A stretch of 63,908 bases of DNA, filler included, from Octopus bimaculoides (GCF_001194135.2; 5 parts of 4 records of this genome joined end to end with filler, not necessarily neighbours in it), one strand, 5' to 3'; positions 1-12,460 are shown, numbered from the whole stretch's first letter. Translations and numbers: made by a program. The notes: generated by a model not told the origin, from the sequence alone.

Positions 1-483
1 TATGTATGCATGTATGTATGTATGCATGTATGTATGCATGTATGTATATATGTATGTATGCATGTATGCATGTATGTATGTGACATTTTGGTGGGTGTAT
101 GCACATGAATGATGACATTATGACTGGTCACTTTTCACTTTCAAAGACTAGTAGAATAAGATATCTCTTATTTGAAAACAAGGTAAAGGTTGACAGAAGG
201 AAAGGCATTTGGCTGTAAATTACTGCCTCAGATAAGTTCCTGTCCACCCTAAAAACAGCCTTAGAATGAAGTGATGAATGAATATTGTACTATAACAGAC
301 AGCATTTCAAACCAATGAAGATGTTACAGAATGGAAGGTGAGAGACATTAATATATCCAAGGTCAGCAGTCAGCTTTTTCATAGCTCGTTACCAGATCAT
401 TTCCTGATAACCTTGGTATTTTAATGAATCATGGTGTACATTAGTAACAAACAAAGCCTGCTTAAATCATCAATCTTATAGAT

Positions 484-877
484 CAGTGGTTTTTAATCAA
501 TTTTTTTTTCTTATCTCTGGGCCCCTTTGATTACCATCTTAATCAGGAGGACCTCCATAGCCATTCCTTGTTTAAAAGATAGTTTAATAATACTTCATTT
601 AAAATTCCTATTTTGTTTTTCACACCTTCACTTGCATAGGCTTGCAATAGAACTCAATAAAAGAACATGTTTCCATGACAGGAAACATATTGAACTATGT
701 TAAGCATTAAAGAAAGAAGCCTGGTTGTTTCTTGCAATAAATATGTCTAAGGCAAAAATTTTTTTATGGACATTTAAAATACTATTGTGGATCTTCAATT
801 TACCATTTTGTTTGCTTGAACCCATCAAATCTTATATGGACCTCAGGGGTCATATGAACCCAGGTTGAGAACCACTG
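484..877. mobile_element. hAT-type MITE (non-autonomous DNA transposon)
   Basis: Termini CAGTGGTTTTTAA (484) and TTGAGAACCACTG (ends 877) form an imperfect 13-bp TIR of the CAGTGGTTCTCAA type typical of hAT/Charlie MITEs. No coding capacity. An 8-bp TSD is not recognisable. Confidence 0.6.
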
Positions 878-2601
878 ATATCAAATGATCCAGCCAACAT
901 TAACAACGCAGAGTTATCAGGATGCTCAACAGAGGGCACCACTAGACACAAAGTGCCACACATCACTTTATATTTTTCCCCTAGTATAAAGTAACATTTA
1001 TCACTACTGCGCATTTGGTGTTGCTATCACCCCAGAACAAGGCCCTGGAAGCAGCTCTATTTCATAAATAAAATATACAGTTCTGCTTTTGTCTTTAGTA
1101 TGCAGAAAGAGTAGACAAATGGTTGAGGTGAAAGGGAACTAACCTAAAGGTCAGTAGCTCTCACTGTATTACCTGGAACAGAAATTCAACTCTCCATCAA
1201 ATCTTCCATAGTCAATTCCACCATATCCATTTTACCCTCAATGACCAACTCTACCAGGCTCTCATTGGTCAAATCTACTTACCCTTAATGACCAAATCCA
1301 TCAATCTCTTAATGATCAAACCAACTTAGCCCTCAGTGGTCAAATTTACCAAGCCATTAATGATAAAATTCACACAGCCCTAATGGTCAAGATGATTTAA
1401 TGATTTAATCCTCAATGGATTAAATGCATGCCCTTCATGTTACCAGCCACTTTACAGAGTATACCATGTGTGTCACTGACACCAGACAGGCAGTCTTGGC
1501 CTCGTTAGTTTGACTCCAGAGGTCGCATCTCTGGTATGACTAAAAAAGTCTCTTTTGTCCTGCATTGTCTGTGTTTTTTTTGTTTTTTTTTTTTCCTCCA
1601 CACAACTGGTTGAGTAAAAAGAGGCATTTTCTATCATATCATTACTTATGTTTTGCCAACACTTATGCAGTATGCTGGAACAAAGAAAGAACGATAGTGA
1701 ATTTTTATTATATAGACCAAAGAATAGGGGTCAGTGATCACTGAAAAGGTTTTTGAGGTCCATTCCTGACTGGTGAGATTGACGCAGTTAATGCTTAAAT
1801 TTATCACCATAGCAACAAAATAAATTTGATAGCAACAAACAACAGAACAACAATTGGTTCTAAGGATCTTGACTGACTGGGAAATTAGACTTGATAATGA
1901 CTTATCAGAACCAGTATCATCTATCTAGATACTATCAGAAGTAGCCACTGGAAAAAAATATCAAATCTGGATAAGACATATCCAATGAGTTTGATGTGAC
2001 CACTAGCTACATTTTCCACTTAATGCCCTAAACAAGTTTACTCACAATGTACCAGGAAAACATGATACGATGGCTACCTATCTCATCTGGAAAATATGTA
2101 AAGAAATGAGGGCCTCAATAGATAAAAGAAAATCCCAATTCTTTATTTATTGAGGACCTCGTGTTCCTGAATGAAAATTGTGTGATTGTCTAGAAAATGA
2201 AAATTTCAATATTTCCTATCAGAATTTGTAATCAGTAGAGTCAGTGTTTACAGGTTTCTAGTGAACTAGTCACGGGCTACTACTTTTCTGGTAGTAACAA
2301 GGATTAGGTATTGACTAATATTATGCAGAACAAATATTTCAAGGGATCTCATTCACAAAGGGCCAGTTTTTAAAGTTTTCTTATAATTTTTTTGTTAATG
2401 GAGATTGTCAAAAACCACACAAAGACATTTATATACAACTGTCTTCTACACATTTTCCAGTTCCCAGATCTCTGATTCCACCCACATGGTACTGGTCAAC
2501 CAAGGCTAGTCTAGAAGGCAATACAGAATGAGATGAATCACAGAGCTAGATGGTTGCAACATGAACTGCTTAAACACATAGCCACATTCTTGATCATAAA
2601 T

Positions 2602-2982
2602 ATCTTTTATCTTTTGCTTGTTCCAGTCATTAGACTGTGGCCATGCTGGAACACTACCTTCAAGAATTTAAGTCAAATGAATTGCCCCCAGTACTTATTT
2701 TGTTTTAAGCAGTCTCTTTTGCCAAACCACTAAGTTACGGGAGACACAAATATACCATTACCAGTTGTCAGGAAGTGGTGGAGGCAAACACCAGCACAAT
2801 GACACACACACACATATACAACCGGCTTCTTTCAGTTTCCATCTATCAAATCCAATCACAAGGCTTTGGTTGACCAGAGGGTATAGTAGAAGACACTTGC
2901 CCAAGGTGCCATGCTGTGGGACTGAACCCAAAACCATGTGGATGGGAAGCAAACTTCTTGCCACACGGCCATATCTGTGCCT
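2602..2982 (-). mobile_element. SINE family A, full-length copy (tRNA-like head)
   Basis: Homologous by eye to copies at 51899-52283, 52391-52780 and 62235-62620. The minus strand has a B-box-like GGTTCAGTCCC head, an internal (TG)n tract and a conserved tail. Confidence 0.8.
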
Positions 2983-4681
2983 GTATACATAAAAAATATA
3001 GAAACAAACTACACTAGTGTTGTTATAAGAAACAAAAAGATGTTGGTATATTTACTGATGTGGCCTGACCAACAGACAGTAAGACTTCAGCAAAAGAGAT
3101 TGAAAATGGTGAGATTCTCCTGCTTATGCAAATACACAGCAATAAAAGGAGTAAGGGTGAACCACCCTAATATTGTTATAAGCAACAAGATACCCAGTTC
3201 TTGATCAACAGTAAAATAAGACTGAAGAATTCTTCAAAAGTAAACACAGATATAAAAATATTCAGAGATGCGAAAGATTGTTTCAAGAATAATGGTTATT
3301 ATGAAACAATAGGAAGCAGTGAAGCATGATGCAAAACAGAAAATTGAAAAACTGCCATATGTGAAATTCAAAAGAAAATGCTTTGAGGAAGTGTCTGTAT
3401 TCTTTGCAAAATATTATCAATAATATTTAAAGAAAGTAAAAACATTAAATAATAAATTTGCTTAAATATAGAGTAAATGAATGACTGCAATAAAGTAGAG
3501 AATGGGTACAATGTCCACAACAAAAAATGATAGTAGCGAGTTAATTACTAAATATTGATACGAAATGGCTATAATGTTGTGAATAAGTGAATTGGAAAAC
3601 TAAGGAATTACACTAACCTAATTGTTGACTGGAAATCATTATTGGTAGTTAAAGAATGTGTTGGCTATAATGATGATGATGATGATGATGATGATGGTGG
3701 TGGTAGTTTCTTTATTTTTGCTACCCAGGGTGACAAATGATGGGGGTCAATCGCAAAAAGATGCAGAAGATGTGAAGATTTATCTAGAAAAATCAAAGGC
3801 AAAAGAAGTGAAACATTAAATATAAGTTTACCTTTTTGATTACACAAACATTTTTTTCTTCAAAGATGACTATGTTCTTCGGTACCTGGGTACAGAAGTA
3901 AGCATGGAACTGAGTGAGCAGTTGTGTTTGTGATTTGCTATTGCTAAGGGTGAGGATGACATAGCAGGGTGGATTTCTTCTGAGTGGAGTTTGATCGGTA
4001 GTGGTGGTGGTGGTGGTGGTGGGGAGCAGTTGTTCCAAGGATGTCTGATGATATTGTTGCTGTTGTCGCTGTTGAGGTCATTATTTTTATTGTTGCTGTT
4101 GTTGTTGTTGCTGCTTCTGTTGTAGTAATTTTTTACTGCCCCTCCTGTTTCTGTTATTGATGTTGTTTATTCTGTTGATATCATGTTGCTGCTGATATCA
4201 TTTCAGTATATTTATTTATTTACTTATTTATTTTTCCTTCAATTTTCGTTGCATCTCGCAACCTTTTCAGTAGAAAAATAAGTAAGTAAATGAGTGGAAA
4301 CTTTACCAGTAAGTGTGTTAAATAATAAGGCACTAAAAGAGAATGACTCTCCCCAGACGCAACAAAATATGCTTCAACACACGAAGTCACATAAAGAATC
4401 TTGCAAACCAAATCCAGAAACGAAGTTTATTTAGTTATTAATTTAGTTATTTATGGTTGATGTTGGTTTTGTTGAGGTTGATTTTGCTCTGACTATGGAG
4501 TCAAAAGGAATGCAGGTCTTATCTTTCTTTCTATTGCTTTTATAAGCAGAAATCTCTAAGATATATGGTATGTTGCATGCATAGCATCTTGGTTTTTCTA
4601 ATTCTCAATACTACAGACAGTTGTGTCCCATTTAGAAATATGAAAAGGTTGATGCTTTTCACTGTTTTCAGTTTCTCTTTG

Positions 4682-4915
4682 TATTCATCATCATCATCAT
4701 CATCATCATCTAGTGTTTTAAATTTGGTTTTTGTCCCCATAAACAGGATGGCCGAATCTACCTCAATGTCATAGCAACCGAGGTAGGCAGGTGCAGCCCA
4801 CCCCAACCTTTGGGCTGGCTGGTACCCATTCTCCTTTGCTATCATGAGGATTTTTTGGAGGTGGATTTTCTATGGGGAGCATGCCCTTTCTTACCCCCAA
4901 CCTCGGTTTCTTGAT
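4682..4915 (-). mobile_element. Degenerate SINE/LINE 3' end with (GAT)n tail
   Basis: Ends in a (CAT)n tract at 4685-4710. Similar in style to the + strand remnant at about 50085-50275 (ggaagggcac...gtagaaacc...gacgatgatg). Confidence 0.4.
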
Positions 4916-5352
4916 ATGTGTGGTCCTGAGACCAAATCCTCTATCATGATTTTAAAGAAATGTGGTGGAAAACTAACTCAGAAAGGCAGGGACATTACTC
5001 CCTGAGACCCCTTTCGGAGCCCCCTACCCTACTGCTGCTGCTGCTTCTGTGGTTGATGCTGTTTATACTATTTCAGTTGCTGCTGATATAGTTTCATAAG
5101 GCCTAACTAATCCAAAATACACCTAGCATCTTTGCTAGCCACTGTTGAGACGATTTGTCTCGCTCTGATATATATTGTGCTTTTAAACACAGTGTGTCCT
5201 TAAGATATGTTAACTCTGCATAGGTACCACATTACCTTGTCTTTCAATGATGTTTTTACATTAAGTATGATACACAAATGGCTCTCTCTCTCTCTCCCTA
5301 TATATATATATATATATATATATCAGAATAAGTAACATGATATCAAGAGGTG

Positions 5353-5440
5353 ATGCAAGATGACCATTTCAAATAGATCCATTTAATTGAACAATGCAAT
5401 CATTATATAAATTTAAATGCAGGTCTATCCTCAGCTGCAT
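5353..5440 (-). ncRNA. Putative type-I hammerhead ribozyme with long stem II (copy 1)
   Basis: Minus strand reads AUGCAG-CUGAGGA-[57 nt]-GAAA-UGGUCA-UC-UUGCAU. Stem I is 6 bp (one G-U), stem III is AUG/CAU, triplet AUC. It lies in a repeat shared with about 24270-24440. Confidence 0.6.
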
Positions 5441-5618
5441 AAATAAATAAACAGAATTTTTTAATCAGTTGGACATATTAATATAATTCTACTCAAATTC
5501 TCTAATAGAGCAAAAAGAGGGAAAAATTGCTTATTTTGATTTTATTCACCTTACTTTGAGTTGTACGGATAATACTGCACTAACTTGGTGCTTCAACTTA
5601 AGTACCTAATTCAACCGA

Positions 5619-5688
<70 letters not shown>

Positions 5689-6010
5689 ATAGATAGGTAC
5701 ATACACAGTTGAATGAAGGCACATGGTGTAGTGTTTGGGGATGTCCCACTCATGATTGTAAGACTGTGGTTTCCTGGACTGTGAGGTATATGTGTTGTTG
5801 AGTAAAAAACACTTCATTTCCCATTGCATCAAATCCACTCAGCACTAAATGAGTTCCACCAATATCTTGGAATTAACTCTGTGAAAGACAGGTCTACTGT
5901 TCAGTGAGTTGTGGTGGGGCAGTTGTAATATCAATCACTTATACACCATGGGAACCAGGGTAAGCTTTGGCCTTATACATCCTTGGGCTCATGAAAAACC
6001 TACGGTATAC

Positions 6011-6090
<80 letters not shown>

Positions 6091-6635
6091 TACCTTCTTT
6101 TAGTTTCTGTGTGTGTACATGATATATAGTATTTTATAGAAGCTGAGAAACTTCACAGACTGTTACTCATATTTCACTTAATTATTATATAGAATTGAAC
6201 TTTTGGAACAATACAATGGTTTATATACAATTTTAAATAATGAAATGGTTATTCTTTGGCAAATAATCAAATAAACATTTAAAGCTGATTAGACAAAGGG
6301 TTATAACATTTCAGAATTAATTGAATCTGTTAGATAATATGACTGACTATTTATGTAAAGCAATATAAATATCAAATAGAAATAAAATACAGTTGAATAA
6401 AACTAATCACAAGCCATTGGCACAGGGTAATAGTTATAATATTTACAGCCAAAGAAAAATTGCAGGCGAGAATCATTTTAGTATTAGTGCATTGGAAAAA
6501 TGCTTTCCATCATATATTCTGGCTATTTATGTCCTGAGTTCAATTCCAACTTCGTCTTTCATTCTTTCATGGTTGATAAAATAAAGTACTAGTCAGATAC
6601 TGGGGTTGATTTAATCAACTAACTCCTTCCCAGAA

Positions 6636-6929
6636 TTCTTTATTTCCAATATCTTTGGTTTGTTGCATGAATTGACCATGTAATTCTTCCTCTTTTCAGG
6701 TATTTATCCTTTCATTATTCCTTCTGTTCTTGAATTCTCCTACAGTTTCAGTAAATATTTTGATATTTCTAGCTGCCAATAATGTACTTTCTTAAGCTTG
6801 CTTCCTAAACACATGGTTCTGGGTTCAGTTCCACTGTGGGGCAGATTAGGCAAGTGCCTTCTGCTATAGCCTCAGGCCGACCAAAGCCTTGTGAGTGGAT
6901 ATGGTAAGTTGTATTCTTTTTATTCTTTT
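6636..6929 (+). repeat. Direct duplication of 7884-8197 (Dong-like fragment fused to SINE A head)
   Basis: ttctttatttccaatatctttgg...gagtggatatggtaagt is near-identical at 6636-6909 and 7884-8157, including the same LINE/SINE junction. Confidence 0.85.
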
Positions 6930-7174
6930 GCTTGTGTTAGAAACAATATTTATTAAGGGCATTGGATTGGCAGAATCAGAGCATCAGAAAAAAATCCCTT
7001 ATTGTATTTGTTCTGAATTCAAATCTAGTCAAAGCCAAAAGCCAACTTTACCTTTCATTCTTTGGAGGTTCATAAAATCAAGTATCAATCAAGTACTAGG
7101 GTAGATGTCTCAACTAAACACGCTGGTCGTGTACCTAAATTAGAAGCCATCATTATTTTTATTATTAAAGCTAT

Positions 7175-8030
7175 AACATGCTGCATTAGTTAGCAGGTTT
7201 GGTGAAAACAGATCCCTTCAAATCTCAAGAATCTTTCAAAGAATTCTTGCAGAAGACAGAATTGCACTTTTCTACTGGTCAATAATGCAAGTCTCAATTC
7301 CAATATCCTTCAGCCTCTTACGTAGCATTTAGGGTGCTATGCCAAGTGCACCAATTACCACAGGAAGAATTGTCATCTTAATATCTTAATCTTCCATAAT
7401 CTCTCCACCTCTCTAACTAGGTATCCACTCAATTATCATATGGTATTGTGAAGTCTATAATCTGTCACTGTTCTTTTTCTTTTTTCTTCACTCCTCTACA
7501 ATCATATACAGACCTCTTGCTTCAATATTATAATCAGAGATAATGGAGAAATTACAGAAAATTCTGTAATTATTATTTTCCATCCGGCTCAAGTTCATAC
7601 CACATTTTGCTACTTTGAATCCATACAATCAAGCTAACAGTTCAATGCACTCTTTTACCTACTTAGTCATGTCTGCACTGATACTCTTTTTGTGCCAGTT
7701 TATTGCATCACCTAAGAGATGGCTAATGCTTTTGTCTCTTTTTCCCACAAATTCTGCATTTGTTCTCTGAGTTTTATCCCTCTTTGTCTTTATCAAATTC
7801 ATTCTAATGGCTTGTTCCAAAGTGGTTATAATTATTGATTTGGTTTCTCGCTTCAGATTTCAATCTATTAGCCACAACCAGAGTTCTTTATTTCCAATAT
7901 CTTTGGTTTGTTGCATGAATTGACCATGTAATTCTTCCTCTTTTCAGGTATTTATCCTTTCGTTATTCCTTCTGTTCTTGAATTCTCTTACAGTTTCAGT
8001 AAATATTTTGATATTTCTAGTGGCCACTAA
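7175..8030 (-). mobile_element. R4/Dong-like non-LTR retrotransposon, degraded 3' part (REL endonuclease region)
   Basis: Broken minus-strand frames give QIIDFTIPYDN, ILPVVIGALGIAP and LRKRLKDIGIE, matching the better-preserved ORF at 33296-33844. Short (AAT) tail at about 7150-7170. Confidence 0.7.
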
Positions 8031-8301
8031 TATACTTTCTTAAGCTTGCTTCCCAAACACATGGTTCTGGGTTCAGTTCTACTGTGTGGCAGATTAGGCA
8101 AGTGCCTTCTACTATAGCCGCAGGCCGACCAAAGATTTTTGAGTGGATATGGTAAGTGGATACTGAAAGAAGCCCGTCGTATTCTTTTTATTCTTTTATT
8201 CTTTTATTTGTTTCAGTCGTTTGATTGTGGCCATGCTGGAGCACCACCTTCAAATGTATGTATGTGTATGTATATATGTATATATATGTATATATATATA
8301 C

Positions 8302-8538
8302 ATCCCTACAAGTCAATCAGGTCCATCACCAGGGACATGAGAGTGTCTAAGTTTCTTATCAGGTAGGTAGTGCATGAAGACATTCAGTATTCTTCATAGA
8401 AGATGAGAAAGGGCCNNNNNNNNNNATGAAGACATTCAGTATTCTTCATAGAAGATGAGAAAGGGCCAATTTTTATCCCAAGCCATCAAAGACAAGAGAA
8501 AAGACTGCACTACGAAGCTTTTGAACAAACTCAAGCAT
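8302..8538 (+). repeat. Duplicated internal fragment of the adjacent maT transposase (8965-9149)
   Basis: 185 bp near-identical to 8965-9149 once the 42-bp overlap around the 10-N gap (8416-8425) is removed. Flanked by (TA)n on both sides. Confidence 0.8.
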
Positions 8539-8714
8539 GTATATATATGTATATATATATATATATATACATACATATGCATATACAAGGTGCAATGTGT
8601 AAATTGTTGCTATATTATAGTTTTAATCTTATGCATGCACATTGTTTGTTTTTGATTTTGTTGACTACACAGTATAGTAGGGTCAGTTGGACACCGACTG
8701 AAAAAAACAGCACC

Positions 8715-9577
8715 ATGTCACAATTCAATCTGCCAGAAATTTGGAAGCGACATGCTATACTGCTTGGCATTTGCACCAGAAGCTCCAATACAAACATTTC
8801 AGAGTGTTTGGGTGTCAGTCTGAGGATAGTGCAGAGGATCTGGAAAGAGTTGGATGAGTCTAATGGTGATTACGAAGGTACAGCAGCTTGGAAAACTGAC
8901 TCTGATTGTTCTGATCAGAAAAGAACTGAATTTGTTGATGAGATCCAGGCTATGATTGACAACGATCCCTACAAGTCAATCAGGTCCATCACCAGGGACA
9001 TGAGAGTGTCTAAGTTTCTTATCAGGTAGGTAGTGCATGAAGACATTCAGTATTCTTCATACACGATGAGAAAGGGCCAACTTTTATCCCAAGCCATCAA
9101 AGACAAGAGAAAAGACTGCACTACGAAGCTTTTGAACAAACTCAAGCATCACCTGTAACTAAACATGCTTTGGTTTTTCTCAGATGAAATTTCTGCCAGG
9201 ATCAGATGGTGAACATACAGAACAACCATTGGTTTACTGTGTCCCCAAAACATGTACCAAGAGGGATAAAAATCAAACATCTAGTCAACATCATGGGGTT
9301 TGGAGTGATTACTAATAATGGTGACATTATGCCTCCATTCATCTTCCCACGCGGCCTTAGACTCAACACAGAGGCCTACATCAAGTGCTTGAAGGAGATA
9401 GTGCAGCTCTGAGTCAAGAGGGTGGCTGCTGGAAGACCCTATGTCTGGCAACAGGACTCTGCACCATGTCACACAAGCAGGAGAACTCAGTCATGGCTGT
9501 CAGACAATTTCTGCAACCACATCACCCCTAACATCTTGCCACCTAACTCCCCAGGCTGCAACCCCCTTGATTATTAT
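8715..9577 (+). pseudogene. Tc1/mariner superfamily, maT (DD37D) transposase pseudogene
   Basis: Joined frames: MSQFNLPEIWKRHAILLG (HTH region)...WFFSDE...VWQQDSAPCHTSRRTQSWL...PPNSPGCNPLDYY. There are 37 residues between the 2nd and 3rd Asp. Stops and a frameshift are present and the 3' end is truncated. Confidence 0.9.
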
Positions 9578-9811
9578 GATGATGATAATGTGAATATCTT
9601 TTGTTCATTATCATTTTTGCATTGACAAGAAAACTAAAAGACAGGTGATTTTTCAAACAACGACTTTTGCAATATTTGTTCTCGACCGAGTTACTGACAG
9701 TTCCTTGTAACTCATGCCAACAGAAATTTCATGAACCAGTGGATGGCCCATTCAAGGCCTGCAACCAACACTAATATTGCTTACAAATTGTAACATAAAA
9801 TTATGAAGGTC

Positions 9812-10110
9812 TGTGATTTAGTTGTTTGTGTATTCAGCTCATAATCATTGTGTCCTTGAGCAAGACACTTTATTTTACATTGCTTCAATCCACTCGGCTA
9901 GCAAAGGTGAATTGTACATGTAGTTCAATGGGCCAGCTTTGTCACATTTGGTGTGTCACATTTGGTGTGTCACACTGAATATCCATGACAACTACGTTAA
10001 GGGTACATATGTCTGTGGAACGCTCAGCCACTTGCACATTAATCTCATAAGCAGATTGTTCCATTGATTAGATCAACTGGAATGTTTATCGTCATAACTG
10101 ATAGAATACC
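9812..10110 (+). mobile_element. SINE family B copy
   Basis: Homologous to 28450-29000 (tattcagctca...gtgtccttgagcaagacac...ctacgttaaggg...gatcaactgg). Confidence 0.7.
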
Positions 10111-10510
10111 CCAGACAACTACATGAAATGAAATAAACAAACTACAGGTCAACTGTACCTTCTATTTATCGATTCAGAGGTCACACTAAAATAAGTATGA
10201 GTAATATAGTAGACATGATCTAAATGAATATAGGATTCCCCATTCCCTGCCCATCCACCTTTACCATTTTCTGAATAAAGGAAAAAAAAATTGATCTTCT
10301 GCTGAGAGTCAAAAGAAATTAAAATTAATGCATTTCTGAGAAAATTATGTGTGTAATACTATCTGATATTATTTATTTTATCTCGTCAAAAAGATTATAA
10401 ATTGACATGAATAATTTTTGGTAGTTTTCTGGTTTTGCTATTTTTTTCTTTTTGATTTTTGCTAAAGTATATAGCATATAAGAGGGTGGGGGGATAATTT
10501 CAGTAATGTA

Positions 10511-10555
<45 letters not shown>

Positions 10556-10979
10556 TGTGTGATATTTATTCACATAATGGCTTATATTGTTTCATGGCCA
10601 ATAGATGTATATGATGGATATTCAGATATTGAGCAATAAATTTCAGTGATATCTCTGGTTACATCTTAACAGATAGAAATATTGACTGCCTCTGGCAAGA
10701 AAAAAAAAAGAAAAGAAAAATAAAGGAAAGTAAACTCTTCTCTAAATATAGTCCATATATAGAAAAGAAGCGAAAATGGCTTGTTGTTCTAGAACAACTG
10801 GTCAATGTAACACAGTGGTAGCAATTGGTACATTCTTCTACTGATACAGCTATTCTGAGTTTAATAGCTGAAGCAGATTCTCAAAATGAATGCACAGCTG
10901 TAGATATTCAAAAACATTTGTTCAAAGTCATTTTTATTCCATTCTCTTCACTTTGTTCTGTACATTATTTTTGCATGCA

Positions 10980-11020
<41 letters not shown>

Positions 11021-11067
11021 CTATATATAAATTTTTTTTCTCCGTGTTTTTCTCCTTGTCTCCATAT

Positions 11068-11104
11068 TCTTTCTGTTGAAGAGCGTAGCTCGAAACGTCA
11101 AAGA
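11068..11104 (+). ncRNA. Minimal hammerhead-like motif, A6U core variant (CUGUUGA)
   Basis: UCUUU-CUGUUGA-A-GAG(CGUAG)CUC-GAAA-CG-UC-AAAGA. Perfect 5-bp stem I, 3-bp stem II, palindromic ACGU stem III, triplet GUC. A 5'-truncated family copy lies at about 13514-13650. Confidence 0.6.
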
Positions 11105-11399
11105 CTTTCCGTATTCCCGAGCGTCATACTAATATATACTTTTGTTATTTACACCACCTGTCCTCGTCTGTTGTTATTATTTGTATATTCTCCCATATAT
11201 ATATATATATATANNNNNNNNNNNNNNNNNNNNNNNNNNNNNNNNNNNNNNNNNNNNNNNNNNNNNNNNNNNNNNNNNNNNNNNNNNNATATATATGTAT
11301 TATATATATATATATTTGCATAGTAAAAGATTATTTGTTTCACACATGATATTGAGACTATATAGATTTTATCACATTTCTAGGTAATTTGACATCAGG

Positions 11400-12065
11400 A
11401 AGATGTCATTGACCTACAGCACCACTCTCTTTTGAAAACACAAGGACTGCTCGTAGAGTTCAAACTTGTTCACTTTCCATGGGTATGCTTGAGTACTCAG
11501 GAGAAGAGTCAATGAGATCACTCCAACTCAAGTGGAGACCTGGCAGAAAGTGGAAGGTTGAGAAGGATGCAGCAAAGGAGAGCCTCAAGGCTGGAGAAAT
11601 AACAGGATACATACAACTGAATAAGCATAGACTAGGTTCAATAAAGTAGAGGTCAAGAACAAACTCATTGGAATGAGATCAATGCTGTATGGAGTGGATA
11701 ATTGTGAACACAAAACAAACCTTCTAGAATGGAAAAAATAATCCTGAAATTATCAGCAAGAATCAGCAATATAGTACATTATTCACTTTCATCAAAACAA
11801 GCAGTTTTCATTGAATTTATGATGGCATATGAAAGCAGAATAGAGGAAATGCATATCTATATGACTGAGAAGTTTGTCAGTGTAGCCCTCTACTTGAGAG
11901 GATCTAACTTCCAAGTCAATGTCAAAGTCAAAGGTGGAAGCAAGGAGTTTTGTAGGTAAGTCTGCTTATGGTCTCATGAAACATCTCTCAGTTTCTGAGG
12001 AGAAAAGAGAACTGAAACTCTAAACGCAAGGGCAAAAGCAACCAAAAACTGTTCTGTTGAAGGAA
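11400..12065 (+). mobile_element. Hero-like (R2 superfamily) non-LTR retrotransposon, degraded C-terminal REL region
   Basis: Frames give LKWRPGRKWKVE and KQAVFIEFMMAYESRIEEMHIYMTEKF...GSNFQV, resembling the Hero-clade GRKW and IELTVPWEERIEEAHERK..KY motifs. Many stops. Confidence 0.6.
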
Positions 12066-12395
12066 GAATGAAAGTGAACTTCAGAAGTTATAACTTTACC
12101 CTACGTACAACTGATGTCTCATACAGAAATGTATCTTGGTTCTGGGACACCTTACCACCAAGTAAGAGCACATTAAAATACACAGAGACCAAGCACCTAC
12201 ATAAGAGAGGGTTTCTTTTCCGAAGACCTTCTGTTGTTCAGCTCTCTCAAGATTTTCTTACTATCTATCTATCTATATATATAGATCACATCTTGTGTCT
12301 ATTAAGACCTAAAATGTTCACAACATGAAATATAGCAGCATACCAAAAACGCGAGGGTGGGCAAGACATTTAAAATCACCTAAAAAAGCATTATT

Positions 12396-12460
12396 AAACA
12401 GGAACTAGTTTCGGATTTAACAAATTCTTACCATTTGTCTATTCCTCATCAGCCTGATTT
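12396..12460 (-). ncRNA. Putative minimal type-I hammerhead ribozyme, canonical core
   Basis: Minus strand reads AAAUCAGG-CUGAUGA-GGAAUAGACAAAU(GGUAAGA)AUUUGUUAAAUCC-GAAA-CUAG-UU-CCUGUUU. Stem I is CAGG/CCUG with further pairs, stem II is 13 bp with 2 mismatches, palindrome ACUAGU, triplet GUU. Confidence 0.75.

Noticed and set aside
3040-3420. Possible hAT transposase remnant (also 1620-2300)
   Set aside because: Only vague similarity across many stops; no diagnostic motif could be confirmed.
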